DNA of 63,812 bases, filler included, from Octopus bimaculoides (Eukaryota): assembly GCF_001194135.2 (NCBI RefSeq). It is 5 parts of 5 records of this genome, joined end to end, with 100 filler letters (N's around TTAATTAATTAA, not from the genome) between each part and the next. Parts side by side here need not be neighbours in the genome. Positions count along the whole stretch, not along the records: positions 14,872 to 27,534 come from NC_068981.1; positions 27,635 to 57,540 come from NC_068986.1; 3 more parts are not named here. One strand, given 5' to 3'. Position 1 is the stretch's first letter. The number at the start of each line of letters is the position of its first letter. Positions 24,724-37,900 of this stretch are shown here, in pieces. The notes beneath the pieces were generated by a model. The model did no database searches. It was not told the origin of the DNA and saw only the letters and a list, made by a program, of their open reading frames with translations. The position numbers and the translations under genes are program-made.

Positions 24724-25240
24724 AAGCGTGCGAATATAGGTACGTAGGCGGGTTTGTTTATTTTAAAAGTAATGTCTGTTATTGGTGTCAGATTACCATG
24801 TAATTTGTATGGCTTTATATGTATGTACATGTGTGTGTAAATGTGTGTGTGTGTGTGTGTGTATGTGTGTGTGTGTGTGTGTGTATGCTTACCGTAATAT
24901 TAATACAGGCATCAGGTTTTTGATATGTTTACCCATGTAGGTCATTGGGTGCAATGGTAAGTAACACTGATAGTCTTTCTTTATCCTCCTCCTCTTCTTC
25001 CCCCCTTCTTCACCCTCTCTTCATTATCTTCATCGTCATCACCATTATCATCGTCAGAGTCGTTTTGGTCGTCATATTTGATGGAACTCAGACAAATTAA
25101 ATGGTTACGTACAATTTACTACTTCACCTTCTCCCCACGATTTTAATACTATAAATCTTCTCGTCTACTGTACCCTGTAACCTATATATATATATATATA
25201 TGTATGTATTAGAAGGTTTGGAGGTGATGTACAGGTATTA

Positions 25241-25670
25241 TATATTAGAAAAAATAAGGTACCCAGAGATCTGGATGGTTGTACATTTACAGATCTTTAT
25301 TAATATGTCACGTTTTTTATAAATCATATGTAAGCGCTTGCATCTACTCTAGTAGATTCTTCAGAATTAAATTTTTTGAAGGGATTCGTCTCTTTTTTTT
25401 ATAGTATTATTGAGTGTGTAGGGATGGAGAGAGATCTCTCTCCTTCCCTACGCACTCAATAATACTATAAAAAGAGATCTCTCTCCATCCCTAAAAACTC
25501 AATAATACTATAAAAAGAGACGAATCCCCTCAAAAAATTTAAATCTGAAGAATCTACTAGAGTAGATGCTAGCGCTAAGATATGAATTATAAAAAACATG
25601 TGACATATTAATTAAAAATTGTAAATGTATAACCATCCAGATTTCTGAGCACCTTATTTTTTCTAATATA
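25241..25670. mobile_element. 430-bp palindromic element with a rearranged centre
   Basis: tatattagaaaaaataagg... and ...ccttattttttctaatata are inverted arms, flanked by (TA)n, with an internal duplication at the centre. Confidence 0.8.
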
Positions 25671-25694
25671 TATATATATATATTAGAAAAAATA

Positions 25695-27283
25695 TATAAC
25701 CAACTCAAATTTCTCTCAATAAAGAAATCTATATTCGTTTAAAACCAGTTGCTTCCCACTGTTGACAACTCCTATCTGCGCACATTGTTAAAATAAATCG
25801 GATCTACATAGATGCCAACAAATGGCGGCCATTTTTGAGATTGAGCAACATGTTCACCGTCACAAATTATTTGGCAAGTATAGCAAAAATGTTAATTTTA
25901 TTAGAGCAAACATTTATTTAATTCAACAGTAAAGGTTTAAATATAATAATGCTTAAAGGTGTAGATATAATACGTTCGAATGAAAATAATCATGAAATTA
26001 TCATGTTATACAGCTCCTAATGTTTGATGTATGATCCTCCATATGCAATAACCTTCCTTACGCGCTGATCCATTGAATTTGTCCTCTTGTGTCATGTATT
26101 GAGCAGCGTCTACAATAGCATCCCAGAGGGAAACTTCACCTGAAAACAGCCGTCCATCTTGGTAAAAACACATCTTCAGGACATTTCACAGGTTCTTGAT
26201 CGGGTTTAAGTCAGGAGAACAAGCTGGAAACTCTATCAAACGACATTCAGAGAAGCCTCTTTGCTGCAGATATTCCTTAGAATACTTCGCTACATGAGAC
26301 GAGGCATTATCTTGAATAAAGACCAACTTCGTCTTGAATGAAGGTTTTTGCGTTTTGAACCACATTTGGAATTTGTCCTTTCAGAAGGTAACGTACGTTT
26401 TCGATGTCATCTTAATGCCATCTGGAACTGTCCATGGCCCGACCATCATACCAGCAACGATGCCAACCCAAAACATGATCCCCACCTCTTCCCCTCCACT
26501 GTTGGCGCCTCAAACAATGAGGACGGTTCCTGCTGATTGATCCCCAAACTTTACTCCAGCCATCTGGTCGGTCAAGTGTAGCACGGCATTCGTTAGTGAA
26601 CAAAACCGTTGAAAACTCTATCTTCATTTATTCGTTGGCCAATTTCATTCCTTTCTGCATATGAGCAGCTTTCAGGGGAGAGAGGGGCTTTGTAACAGGT
26701 TTAACATTTCTGGCAACCTGCTTCAAGAAGTGACACCTCGTAGTTTTCGATACGTCTTCCACAATATTTGAAGACTTCTCTACAATATTTGAAGACTTCT
26801 CTACAATATTTGAAAACTTCTCTACAATATTTGAAGACTTCTCTACTAGTCACACATGGGTTCGGCACAACTTCCTTTTTCACACGTGACAAAGTACGAT
26901 TCGACGCAACCCCGGACTTACACTTATCTGCCCTTGACCGGACATATATAGGAGACTGCACAAATTTCTTCACTGTTCTGTGATCTCTTCCCAGTATTTT
27001 TGATATTTCTATGGTTGTTTTTCCTCTTCCAAGCTCTCGAGGTAAGATCACGTTTCTGACCCATAATGACACTTAAATTGCGCTCCTGCCTTGTAATTTG
27101 GGACAGCAGAAATGTTGATGCTATATGATAATGGCCGCTGTTTGTTTTCGTCTGCGCAGATCAGATTTATTTTAACAAAATGTGCGCAGATAAGTGTTGC
27201 CAACAGTCAGTGGAAACATAGGTAGTTTTGAACGAATACACATTTATTGAGGGAAGGGTGATTGCCTAAAATAGGGGGCCGCA

Positions 27284-27286
<3 letters not shown>
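25695..27286 (-). mobile_element. Tc1-like DNA transposon with long imperfect TIRs; transposase pseudogene
   Basis: HTH region EISKILGRDHRTVKKFV and VLFTNECRATLDRPDGWS..RRQQ. 25730-25840 matches the inverted 27130-27250. The right end reads tatactgcggcc on the minus strand. Confidence 0.8.
26761..26845. repeat. Four copies of a 21-bp tandem repeat inside the Tc1 transposase
   Basis: acaatatttgaagacttctct x4, in frame (REVFKYC repeats). Confidence 0.9.
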
Positions 27287-27320
<34 letters not shown>

Positions 27321-29968
27321 TTAATATTTCTAAGTCTCTCTAAAGGAGACTACGACAGCGGTACTGGAAATTAATAGTTATCGCCAAGCCAACATGGCAG
27401 TCCCAAAATTAGGACGAAAGCTGCCGTGAATTAGCTCCAAGAAGCCATCGCCTCTAGCTAGCTATGTGACACACGAAACCTGTGTCCTTTATAACCTTCG
27501 AACAGGGGAGGTCAGCAGTGTCCCCCTGCTGGTTNNNNNNNNNNNNNNNNNNNNNNNNNNNNNNNNNNNNNNNNNNNNTTAATTAATTAANNNNNNNNNN
27601 NNNNNNNNNNNNNNNNNNNNNNNNNNNNNNNNNNTATATATATATATATGCGCGCATGACTTTGTGTCTGTGTTTTTCCCGCACCACTGTTTGACAGCTG
27701 ATGTTGGTATATTTACGTCTCTATAAGTTAGTGGCTCGCCAAAAGAGACCGAAAGAATAAGTACCAAGCTTTGAGAAGAGAAAGTACTCGGTTGACTCAG
27801 TTCCACCAAAAAGTCGTCAAGGTGTTGCCCCAGTATGGCTGCAGTCTAATGATTGAAACAAGTACAAGTATAAAAGATAAAAGATATCTTTGAAGAATGA
27901 AGCCATCCGTGATTCAAGATGCAGCTTTTGCTAAGCAGATTATCGATGTCTCAGACTCTGTTTGGTTGTTATCTTTAAACTGCATTTCACTTTTGCTTCG
28001 TGAATAATCAAACGCTGATGTAATGATTAACTTTTAAGTTATTCTTGAGAACTGCATGAACATTGTACTTAGAACGGCGTTCGGCTTTTCGAGGGGAAGT
28101 TATCATCCCATTCGTATAAGGCAGTGTTTCTCAAACAGTTTTTTTTTTTTAGCTATGAACCTCATTCATTCCTATTTGGGGGAAATTTAGCAACGACGTT
28201 CTAAATGTCTTGAAGTTATTTAGTAACTAATTCCTGCATTATTCTACCAGAGTTGATTTCTTGATTCTGTTTTAGACAGGAGTATACAGGAGGGCTGTCA
28301 GTGGCTCAAGACATACTTCAGGGCCTTCGAGACTGAGATATATATNNNNNNNNNNNNNNNNNNNNNNNNNNNNNNNNNNNNNNNNNNNNNNNNNNNNNNN
28401 NNNNNNNNNNNNNNNNNNNNNNNNNNNNNNNNNNNNNNNNNNNNNNNNNNNNNNNNNNNNNNNNNNNNNNNNNNNNNNNNNNNNNNNNNNNNNNNNNNNN
28501 NNNNNNNNNNNNNNNNNNNNNNNNNNNNNNNNNNNNNNNNNNNNNNNNNNNNNNNNNNNNNNNNNNNNNNNNNNNNNNNNNNNNNNNNNNNNNNNNNNNN
28601 NNNNNNNNNNNNNNNNNNNNNNNNNNNNNNNNNNNNNNNNNNNNNNNNNNNNNNNNNNNNNNNNNNNNNNNNNNNNNNNNNNNNNNNNNNNNNNNNNNNN
28701 NNNNNNNNNNNNNNNNNNNNNNNNNNNNNNNNNNNNNNNNNNNNNNNNNNNNNNNNNNNNNNNNNNNNNNNNNNNNNNNNNNNNNNNNNNNNNNNNNNNN
28801 NNNNNNNNNNNNNNNNNNNNNNNNNNNTGAAAGGCAAAGCTGATTTTGGCAGGATTTGAACTCATAACGTAAAGAGCCGAAATAAAGATTGAACCGCATC
28901 GATTTTGACGATCTTACTGTTCAATCAATCTATCGCCTTGAATTGGTCCTTTTTTTTTATTTTATCAGCCTCCGAAGGATAAAAAGTAAAGTTGACTTCG
29001 ACGGAATTTGATCTCAGAATGTAAAGAACGAAATAGATAGCATTTTCACGACGCTCTAAAGACTCTGCTAATACGTCGCAGATTTTCTGTGAAGACAATT
29101 CACCGAGACGTTCCTCAATCTCAAGCCGACCGAATCCCTGGATGTGGCCCCTGCATATTCTTCCAGTCTCAAAGTGAAATCCATGATGAACGATCGCCGA
29201 TTTCAGACGATGGGAAGAAAAATTGAAACTTCGCAACGGGAACTGCGCATTGAATCTGTAAACACGTTTTAGAACTGGTAAAACAAAACTGAAACAAACA
29301 TTGGAATAAGTGTCTAAACAATGGAAACAGTAACTTCGAAGAATAAAATCCTAATTAGATTGATTGATTGATTGATTGACTGAACGATTAAAGAAACTAT
29401 CGGTTTATTAACTGTATATATAGTTAACCACCTGACAAATAAAACATATAAAGAAGTGAAATACAACCAGCACGTGTGTTTATTATTGACATAATGATCT
29501 TGCCGAGATACAGCCAAAGCATTTTTCTTATTTATCAAAAAGTAGTTTCCTTTCAGACAGACCTCGTATCCTCGATGTTTCTAACATTCCTATATAATTT
29601 AATTTTGGATTATGGTCTCCGATATTTTCGGCAAACCATATAACGATAACTCTGCGACAGATGGCAGCAGCATCCTCAATTTGCTTCTGAGTAATAACTT
29701 AATGCCATCTTTGACAAGGCGTATGACAGCTGCAATTCCATCTGACAGCATTAATATGCGATAAGCATTTAAGACATTTGTATGTATTGTATTGAAACTA
29801 TCATGTTGTAGATTGCTCTCTCTAATTTCATGTTGTTTCAGTTTGTTAACATATATCAGGGCTGATAAATTAAGTTTAATCCAACCCTGCAAATATTAAT
29901 TTATGGTATTAGCCAGAAAACCCGAATGCATTTTATATGGAAAAACATGGTAGTTACACGCACGCACG

Positions 29969-30005
<37 letters not shown>

Positions 30006-30122
30006 GCGCGCAGATGCACAGACACATACACTCACACAGACACATTTTTCAAGTTCTGAAGCAAACACACATCAACATAGTACCCTTACACGTTCAATGA
30101 CATGTCTATGATCGTATGCACT

Positions 30123-30212
<90 letters not shown>

Positions 30213-30793
30213 GCCAGTCAGTTCGGAGAATGAACTGAGATCGATTTCGATCTCTTCTTCCTCCCTTGTAAACCAGAGGCATTGCTAAAACGTAATCGTT
30301 ATTTACCAGGTGAAAGAGATATAGATGGTACAGCAGCGTGCGTCGAACAAAATGCCACGCAATACTTAGCTCCACCCCTTGCCTTCTTAATCCAGTAGTA
30401 TTAAAATCGATGCTGAGTTCCGATGTCATCGAACTCATTTTAACATTTAATTCCTTTCGTCCATCGCGCGCGTTAATGAGCAATGCAGTCGGATGGTATG
30501 CCGTGCGGTCCGTTTAATAAATATATTGCGGTCTCTACTCAAGGCTGGTACAAACAGCAATGAGACTGTTCTGGGAGGCGTGGGTATTAACACAAACTAT
30601 AAATGTGTCAGGTTGCCGAAGCAGGCCCAGGAGGAACGACAGTTAATGATTAATAAGAGAAGTCTAATGACGGTTGTTTCTGTTAGGACCCTGTGGAGGC
30701 GATACCTGGGGATTCTACGCCGATGACATCCCTAGAATCGTGGGCGGGAAGATGGATGGATGTATTCTTCGAAATGGAAACAGTAAAACTCTT

Positions 30794-31112
30794 GGTTTTT
30801 AGAAGCAGGAATATAACTAGCAGATTCGAAACCGAATCTCTGGCCAACCGTGAAGATACCACGTTGACATCATTCTCGCTTCACGTGAAGGGCCAGTTAA
30901 CTGACCACACAGCGGCAAGCCATCACGTGATTCGACTTCCTAGAACATTTCAATGGTTTTAGTAGCAGGAATAAAACTGTAGCAGATTCGAAACCGAATC
31001 TCTGGCCAAATGTGCAGATACCACGTTGAGATCATTGTCACTTCACGTGATCGGCCAATTAACCGACTACAGTATCAAAACATCACGTGATTCGATTTTC
31101 TAGAACCTTTCA
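30794..31112. repeat. Tandem duplication of an about 160-bp unit, each copy with two TCACGTGA palindromes
   Basis: agcagattcgaaaccgaatctctggccaa occurs at about 30819 and 30981; TCACGTGA occurs at 30881, 30923, 31043 and 31083. Confidence 0.85.
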
Positions 31113-31425
31113 ATGAACGTTATAAAAAAGGTAGGCATTTGGAGACCACTTCAGAATGTCAAGGCATTTGCTGTAACGACTTCATTCTCATTTTCTATTC
31201 ACCAGGCGTGCAATGATATCGTACAAATTTTGCTGTCATGAATTCAATGCGAAATTTCCCCAGTTGTGATTGGCTGGTCACACATCGGTATTGTTTTACT
31301 CTTTTACTTGATTCAGTTATTTGGCTGCGGCCATGCTGGAGCACCGTCTTAAAGGGCGTTAGACGAGGAAATGGACTCATTAGCCGAACCGCTAATTTAC
31401 TGATGTCAAGCGATGGTAGGGGGGA

Positions 31426-31481
<56 letters not shown>

Positions 31482-31491
31482 NNNNNNNNNN

Positions 31492-31540
<49 letters not shown>

Positions 31541-32012
31541 ATGGGAGTATAGTTCACAGGTGAACTAAACTGCTAAGTTACGGTGACGCAAACACACAAA
31601 CAACGGTTATCAAGCGGTGGTGGTGGTGGTGGCACAAACACACACACACACACGCTATACACCTTCCTACCAAGCACTGCTATAAAAAGTGAAAGTGAGC
31701 TAAGACGTTAAAACTGAGTGCGCATGCACAACAGTGCTCAAGTTCAATTTCTGCCAAGCAGCTTCACTCTGCGTGCTTTAGCTTCGTTATTATGTTATGA
31801 CAACAGTCCAAATAGTTATTGATCAGACATCATTCATACATACACACACACACACATATATATATATATTTATGTATGTATGTATGTATGTATATATATT
31901 ATATACATATATACATAAGTATTATGTGTATATGTTGATATATGCATATATATATATTTATGTATATATGAATGTATGTATGTATCTATCTATCTATCTG
32001 TCTATCTATCTT

Positions 32013-32047
<35 letters not shown>

Positions 32048-32862
32048 NNNNNNNNNNTATACACATGTTCAATTAAATGTTAAAAACCTCATTAAGGGAT
32101 AATAAAATCCAATGAATAAACTGGTTTATTACCTACTACAAAAAGTATTCAATATTACATTTGATATTCAACTGTAAGGTAATTGGGTAAACCCAATTAT
32201 ATATTTATATATATTCTTAAGAAAATGAGAAAATAGAGATAATTAAATTAATAATTATTTATTAATTACAAAATTTGACATCATCTCTGACAGCTGTTTC
32301 TATTCAAGATTTTAGAAATTAATTAATATAATTAAAAACATTTTAAAGTTGAAGTTCATTGGAGTTGGAAAAAGATATACCTTTATTTTTCCATATTACT
32401 GTGTGTTGAGTGTAGAGAACCAATCCACTCACTGATAAATGTTTTGTAGAAAGAGCTTGGTAGAAACCTTACAAAGGGTAAAGAGAGGAAGTGTATTTAT
32501 CGAAGTTATTATAAAAATGAGAATAAAGATAAAGAATAAGGTATAGTAATAAAATATATATCTCTAAAGCATAAACAAAAGTAATTATGAATGTGGTTAT
32601 AAAAATATAGGCAGTAATATATTATCGGTAGTTATGAATATTATAAAGTAAGCAGTATGTTAGTTAGTGATATCATAAACCAATAAATAATTATGAATAG
32701 AAGAATTAGGGTGAATATACATAAAAATAGTTTGTATTTATTTAAGTAATTAAGGTGTATGTATGAATAAAATAAATGTAAGAAGGGTAATAGGTGAAAA
32801 ATATATTTTTGAGTGTGGGTGAGTCAAAAAGTGTGTGGGTGAGTCAAAAAATATATTTTTGA

Positions 32863-33420
32863 TACGGGGGTGAGTCAAAAAGTGATGTCATTTTGTTTAG
32901 GACAAGTATAATTACCAATACAGGAACATGTATCATACATCAAAAAGAAGCTGGTCCTCTGTGGATCACATCCCTACTTCTCAACATAGTCACTGTTTCT
33001 CTCAATAGCAATGTTCCACCTTTGAATGAGAGCATGTATCCCTGGCCCGTAAAATTCTGTTGACTGTTCTTTGAGCCACTTCTTCACTAGAAAGTCAAAA
33101 GACAACACCGTCTTTCGAAGGCTCGTAACAGGTGATGAAACCTGGGTTAATCATTATGAACCGGAATCAAAGAGGCAGTCCATGGAATGGTGCCACTCTA
33201 CGTCACCACCACCGAAAAAGTTCAAGACGCAAAAGTCAGCTGGAAAAATCATGGCGACTGTCATTTGGGATGCTCAAGGTGTCATTCTGGTCGATTTCTT
33301 GCTAAAGGAAAAACATTAAATTCATAATAAGCTTCATTTTTATGTATGATATATGTTGCTGTGTTGGTAATTATGCCTGTCCTAAACAAAATAGCATTAC
33401 TTTTTGACTCACCCTCATAT
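32863..33420. mobile_element. Deleted and rearranged mariner element with about 85-bp inverted ends
   Basis: TA-YGRGGGTGAGTCAAAAAGT TIRs at both ends. LVTGDETWVNHYEPESKRQSMEW...SAGKIMATVIWD reads on +; FYGPGIHALIQRWNIAIERNSDYVEK* reads on -. Confidence 0.85.
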
Positions 33421-35237
33421 ATAAATAAAATACATAATTTATATATACAGAGATAAAACAAAAGTGCAACAAGCATATAATAGAATAGAATAAAATAGAT
33501 TAGTGAGTAGGCAAATGAGAATTTGTTATTACGCAAATATAAACATAAGTTTATGCGCATATGTATAGTAAATATGAATAATTAATTGTGGGAAAAAGAC
33601 GTACTAAAAAATGTGTGTGAAATTAATATATAAAGTATATTGTAACCTAAAACATATAAAGACTTAGAAGTATATTATATATAGTCACGCTTAGAGATAT
33701 ATTTAGTTCAATAGTGTTTAATGGAGATAGGATCACATACTAAACCAATATGGTAATGAGTAAGTAAGCAAATAAATAAATAAGTAAAAATATACTAACA
33801 CCCCTAAAATTTATGTTGAATTGATCAAATGAAATATGAAAGCATAAACAAAAATCCATTGGTCAACATTTTCAAATAACAGCGTTCTACTTAGTAAGCC
33901 TAGGTAACGGAAACAGAAGAATCTAGTATGGAAGGAAGTGACGAGAGAGTGATGAAGGGGATAATAATTTAGGCGAAAATTTTAAAATTATAAAATAACG
34001 AGGAAGTACATCAAAGTTTTCAAATAAAGGCATAAAAAGGGTCAATATGTCAGAATTCGTTAATAATTCTTTTTAATGAGGTTGGCTTAAAAATTTTGTT
34101 TGGAGAGAAAAAATAAATAACAAGAGGGAGGGGTAGAGAAGAATAACGGAGGAAGAGCTATATAATACAAACTGGAAGTTCGTATATGAGAAATAATATA
34201 GTTAAGTTATAGTTTATGGGAGAAAATGCCATGTTTACTATTGAACTATAGTTTGTTATTAATATAAATAAATAAAGAGGTTAATAAACTTATTAACAAC
34301 GAGACGAAGTAGTTTCGGTTTATATGTATTGTTCAATATATGGAAATAATTTTGGGTCAAGGTAGTAATGTAGAAGAATTAAATTAAGATAAATTAGACA
34401 TTAAAAATAAGTGAATAAGATTAATATTTATGTATATATATTTTAGCTCAATAAGTAAATAGTTAAATGGATATATAAATAACCATTGAATGATGAATAA
34501 TAAATATTAAATAAATAAAGATAATAAAGCGATAAAGATAAGACTAATTTTAGTTACTATACTGTGAGATGGGTACATTGTATAATGAGGATAAAATGTA
34601 CTTATAAGGTGTATAAATGTTTAAAATAATGAATATAACTGCGTATAATGGTTTTAAAAAATAAGCAATGTAAATAAATACATAAATAAATAAAAATACA
34701 AATATATAAGTAATAGTTAATAAAATCAAATTAATAAGCTAAATAGGAAGATACAATGATTGGATAGCTGTGTAATTACAAATAGGTGGGAAATAAATAC
34801 AATGGAGGTGGGGTGAGGGTGAAAAAGAAGGGAGGGTGAAAAAGAAGGGAGGGTTCATTATCAATATAGAGCCAGAAAAGGTGATGCTTCAGCATGGCCG
34901 CAGTCAAATGGCTGAAACAAGTAAAAAAATAGAACAAAGAATTATATATATATATGAATGCTCGTTTTTATGTTCGGTTATGACAAATTTACATCAATCC
35001 GGTGCGTAACTCTAATACTTTTGTAGGGCGTACAAATTTATTATTCTTAAACGAGGGTTCTATTGACAGTGACTTCGAAGTTTCGGCCGTGTGATGACGG
35101 CTTAACTGGTCCAAAACTGCGAAGTCACTCTCAGGGATATTCTTGTTTAAGAAATATATATANNNNNNNNNNNNNNNNNNNNNNNNNNNNNNNNNNNNNN
35201 NNNNNNTATGCATGCACGCATGTATGTATGTATATGC

Positions 35238-35270
<33 letters not shown>

Positions 35271-35281
35271 CAGACAGATAT

Positions 35282-35324
<43 letters not shown>

Positions 35325-36073
35325 CATACATACATACATACATACATGCATATATATATGCATATATATACACACACTCACAAACGCGCGCGCACACACG
35401 CACACACCCACACACACACATATATATAAATAGATATATAGATGAATGGATGGATGGATGGATAGATAGATAGGTAGTTAGAGAGATTGCGATAGATCGA
35501 TAGCGACATAGATAAATGGATAGATATAGACAGCTTCGATTGTTTAATATGAAGAAGAAGTAGATTTATGTTCAATGCAACATTGAAAAATCATATTAAT
35601 GTCGACCATTAAAACAACGTTGCTGATCAGATATAATCCCGGCGGATTTTTGTCATCTCTGGCCAAATACCAAAAAGTTTATTGACCCGCAAATTGAATG
35701 CAAAAACCTTATCTGAAATACCACAGGCCAGTAGCTTCGAATTTGGTTCTGTGCCATATCTTCCTGACATTATAACCAATTTTACACGTGACTAGACTAC
35801 GCGGTGAATTAATTTTAAAATTTAGATTTCAAATGTGATTTTTTAAAATCACAATCTAATCTTTATGCTGTACTGACGTTTCATGAGGGTGTTGCTACTA
35901 AAATTTTCAACATCATTTGATAATTTAGGTTTTTTTCTTCTTTGTTTGAATAAACATTGTTTTATTTATTTATTTATTTATTTATTTAAGTTCACTGGTA
36001 GAAGGGTCAAAAACTAGATAACATCTAAGCAAAATACGTTATCTACGAGCTCTGATCGAAAATTATTGGGGCT

Positions 36074-36150
36074 GTTACTATAGCAACGGAGCTAAAGACG
36101 CAGAGTGAAGCCACTTGGCACAGATTGGTCATGAACTGTGTCGCGCATGC
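36074..36150. promoter_or_regulatory. Candidate promoter module: RFX X-box, inverted CCAAT and an NRF1-like site
   Basis: GTTACTATAGCAAC at 36074-36087, ATTGG at 36124-36128, GCGCATGC at 36143-36150, in a locally CpG-richer patch. Confidence 0.35.
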
Positions 36151-36514
36151 TCACTAAGTTATGACATTCTTGCTCACTTCTGGTGTTTATAGCTTGGGAG
36201 TAAAGTTTGTAGAGCGCGGTCGTCTCAAAAGACGCGGGATATCTTTGAAAACAGTAATAACAGTTGACATATTATAAGTCTATGCCTTATGAGCCTGGAA
36301 CCAAGACTGAGTTTTTGCAGTGGAGTGCGCAACAAGATTTCAAGACAACAAGGAAATCCAAGAGAATGTGACGACGTAGCTGCTCGCTACCCCGGAAAAG
36401 GACATAGTTCCGGATTCAATCCCACTGCATCGAACTTTGGACAGGTGTATTGTAACATATACTCGGTTCTACCAAAGTCTTGTGAGTGGTAAACGGAAAT
36501 TGAAAGGAGCTTGC

Positions 36515-36571
<57 letters not shown>

Positions 36572-37151
36572 GTCCGTGTCCGTAACTTAGCAGTTCGAGC
36601 TTAACAGATAAAATAAGTGTTGGGATCGATTCATTCGACTGAAAAATTATTCAAGGCGGTGCATCAGCATGGCTGCAGTCTAAATACTGTAGCAAGTAGA
36701 AGATGGTTTTATTAATTTTCAAATCAAATATCGAATACAAATTTAAACTCGTTGACCGAAAAAAGGGTCAAAAGTGAGGAACGTTAGTTATGGCGTAACA
36801 AGATAATATATATTTATATCTTTCATCCCTTTAAAGCAAGAACGCTTCTCATTGCTATATTGAATATTTACTCTTTCTTCAGCACACTGCCATCAGAACT
36901 GCATAACTCAATTTTGGCCGTTTTACTGAATCGATTCTCGCCTACATAGGCCAGTAGCAGGCCGCTCAAATTTACAATAATTATCATCTGATTATTATCG
37001 TTGACGACTCAGCTAACGAAGAAATTAGATTATGCCTTCTGCGAAAAAGTGTCCAATAAATCTAAATAACAATTGTATTTATAAATCAAAAGATATAATT
37101 AGAATTACAGCAATAACAAAAATTATTATAAATATTATTATCATGCAGAAG

Positions 37152-37400
37152 AAGGTGGCCGGCTGGCAGAATCGTCAGCACGCTGGACGAAATGCTTGGC
37201 GGTATTTCACCCGTCTGAGTTCAAATCCCGCCGAGGTCGACATTGCCTTTCATCCTTTTAGGGTTGATATATTAAGTGTCAGTTGTGTAATGGGGTTGAC
37301 CTAATCGACTGGTCCCCTCCTCCCAAATTTCAGGCCTTGTGCACTTAATAGAAAGAATCGTTAGCACGCTGGAAAAAATGCTTAACGGTATTTCGCCCGT
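37152..37400 (+). mobile_element. Family A SINE followed by a second head
   Basis: ggctggcagaatcgtcagcacg...gagttcaaatcccgccgaggtcgac...catccttttagggttgat. Confidence 0.8.
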
Positions 37401-37689
37401 CGCTACGTTCTGGGTCCAAATGGTGGTGATGGTGGTAGTAGTAGTAGTCTAACACTTGTTTATAAGAGACACTGTCGAAGTAGTCGGTCATGTTGACCAT
37501 TTTAAGTTGATAAAATTAGAACAATGAAATCAAATCAGTGGCTGACATTCAGCTCGCGTATCTTCATATCCATATATGCAAGAAACAATGGATTGGATGA
37601 CTCCATTAACAAAAAAAAAAAAAAAAAACAGAGATCCTCTTCCAAAATTTAGCCTTTACTAGCCTAATGTTCATCTTGAGCTGCTAAGA

Positions 37690-37900
37690 TTCACTAGTTC
37701 CCTCTATACTGTGGTGTGATACATACAATCATCCAGGCTCTTGTTTGCAGTCCATTCTTTGATGCTGTCATACCATTTACATCTTTGACAGCCTTTTTCT
37801 CTCTTCCACACCAGAATGGTCTTCGTATTGACTTGTGGCGCATAGTATGTCCAAAATATGATAGATTTGTGGAGTTGATTCTCGACAATAATTATCCAAA
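37690..37900 (-). mobile_element. RTE LINE 3' fragment
   Basis: LSYFGHTMR followed by a degenerate RTE C-terminal region. Confidence 0.55.

Noticed and set aside
27385-27430. ggcagtcc-caaaatta-ggac-gaaa-gctgcc hairpin
   Set aside because: It has a stem plus GAAA but no CTGANGA box or cleavage-site stems; the fragment is cut by a gap.
29599-29892. 97-codon minus-strand ORF in unique sequence
   Set aside because: No recognisable domain or convincing splice context.
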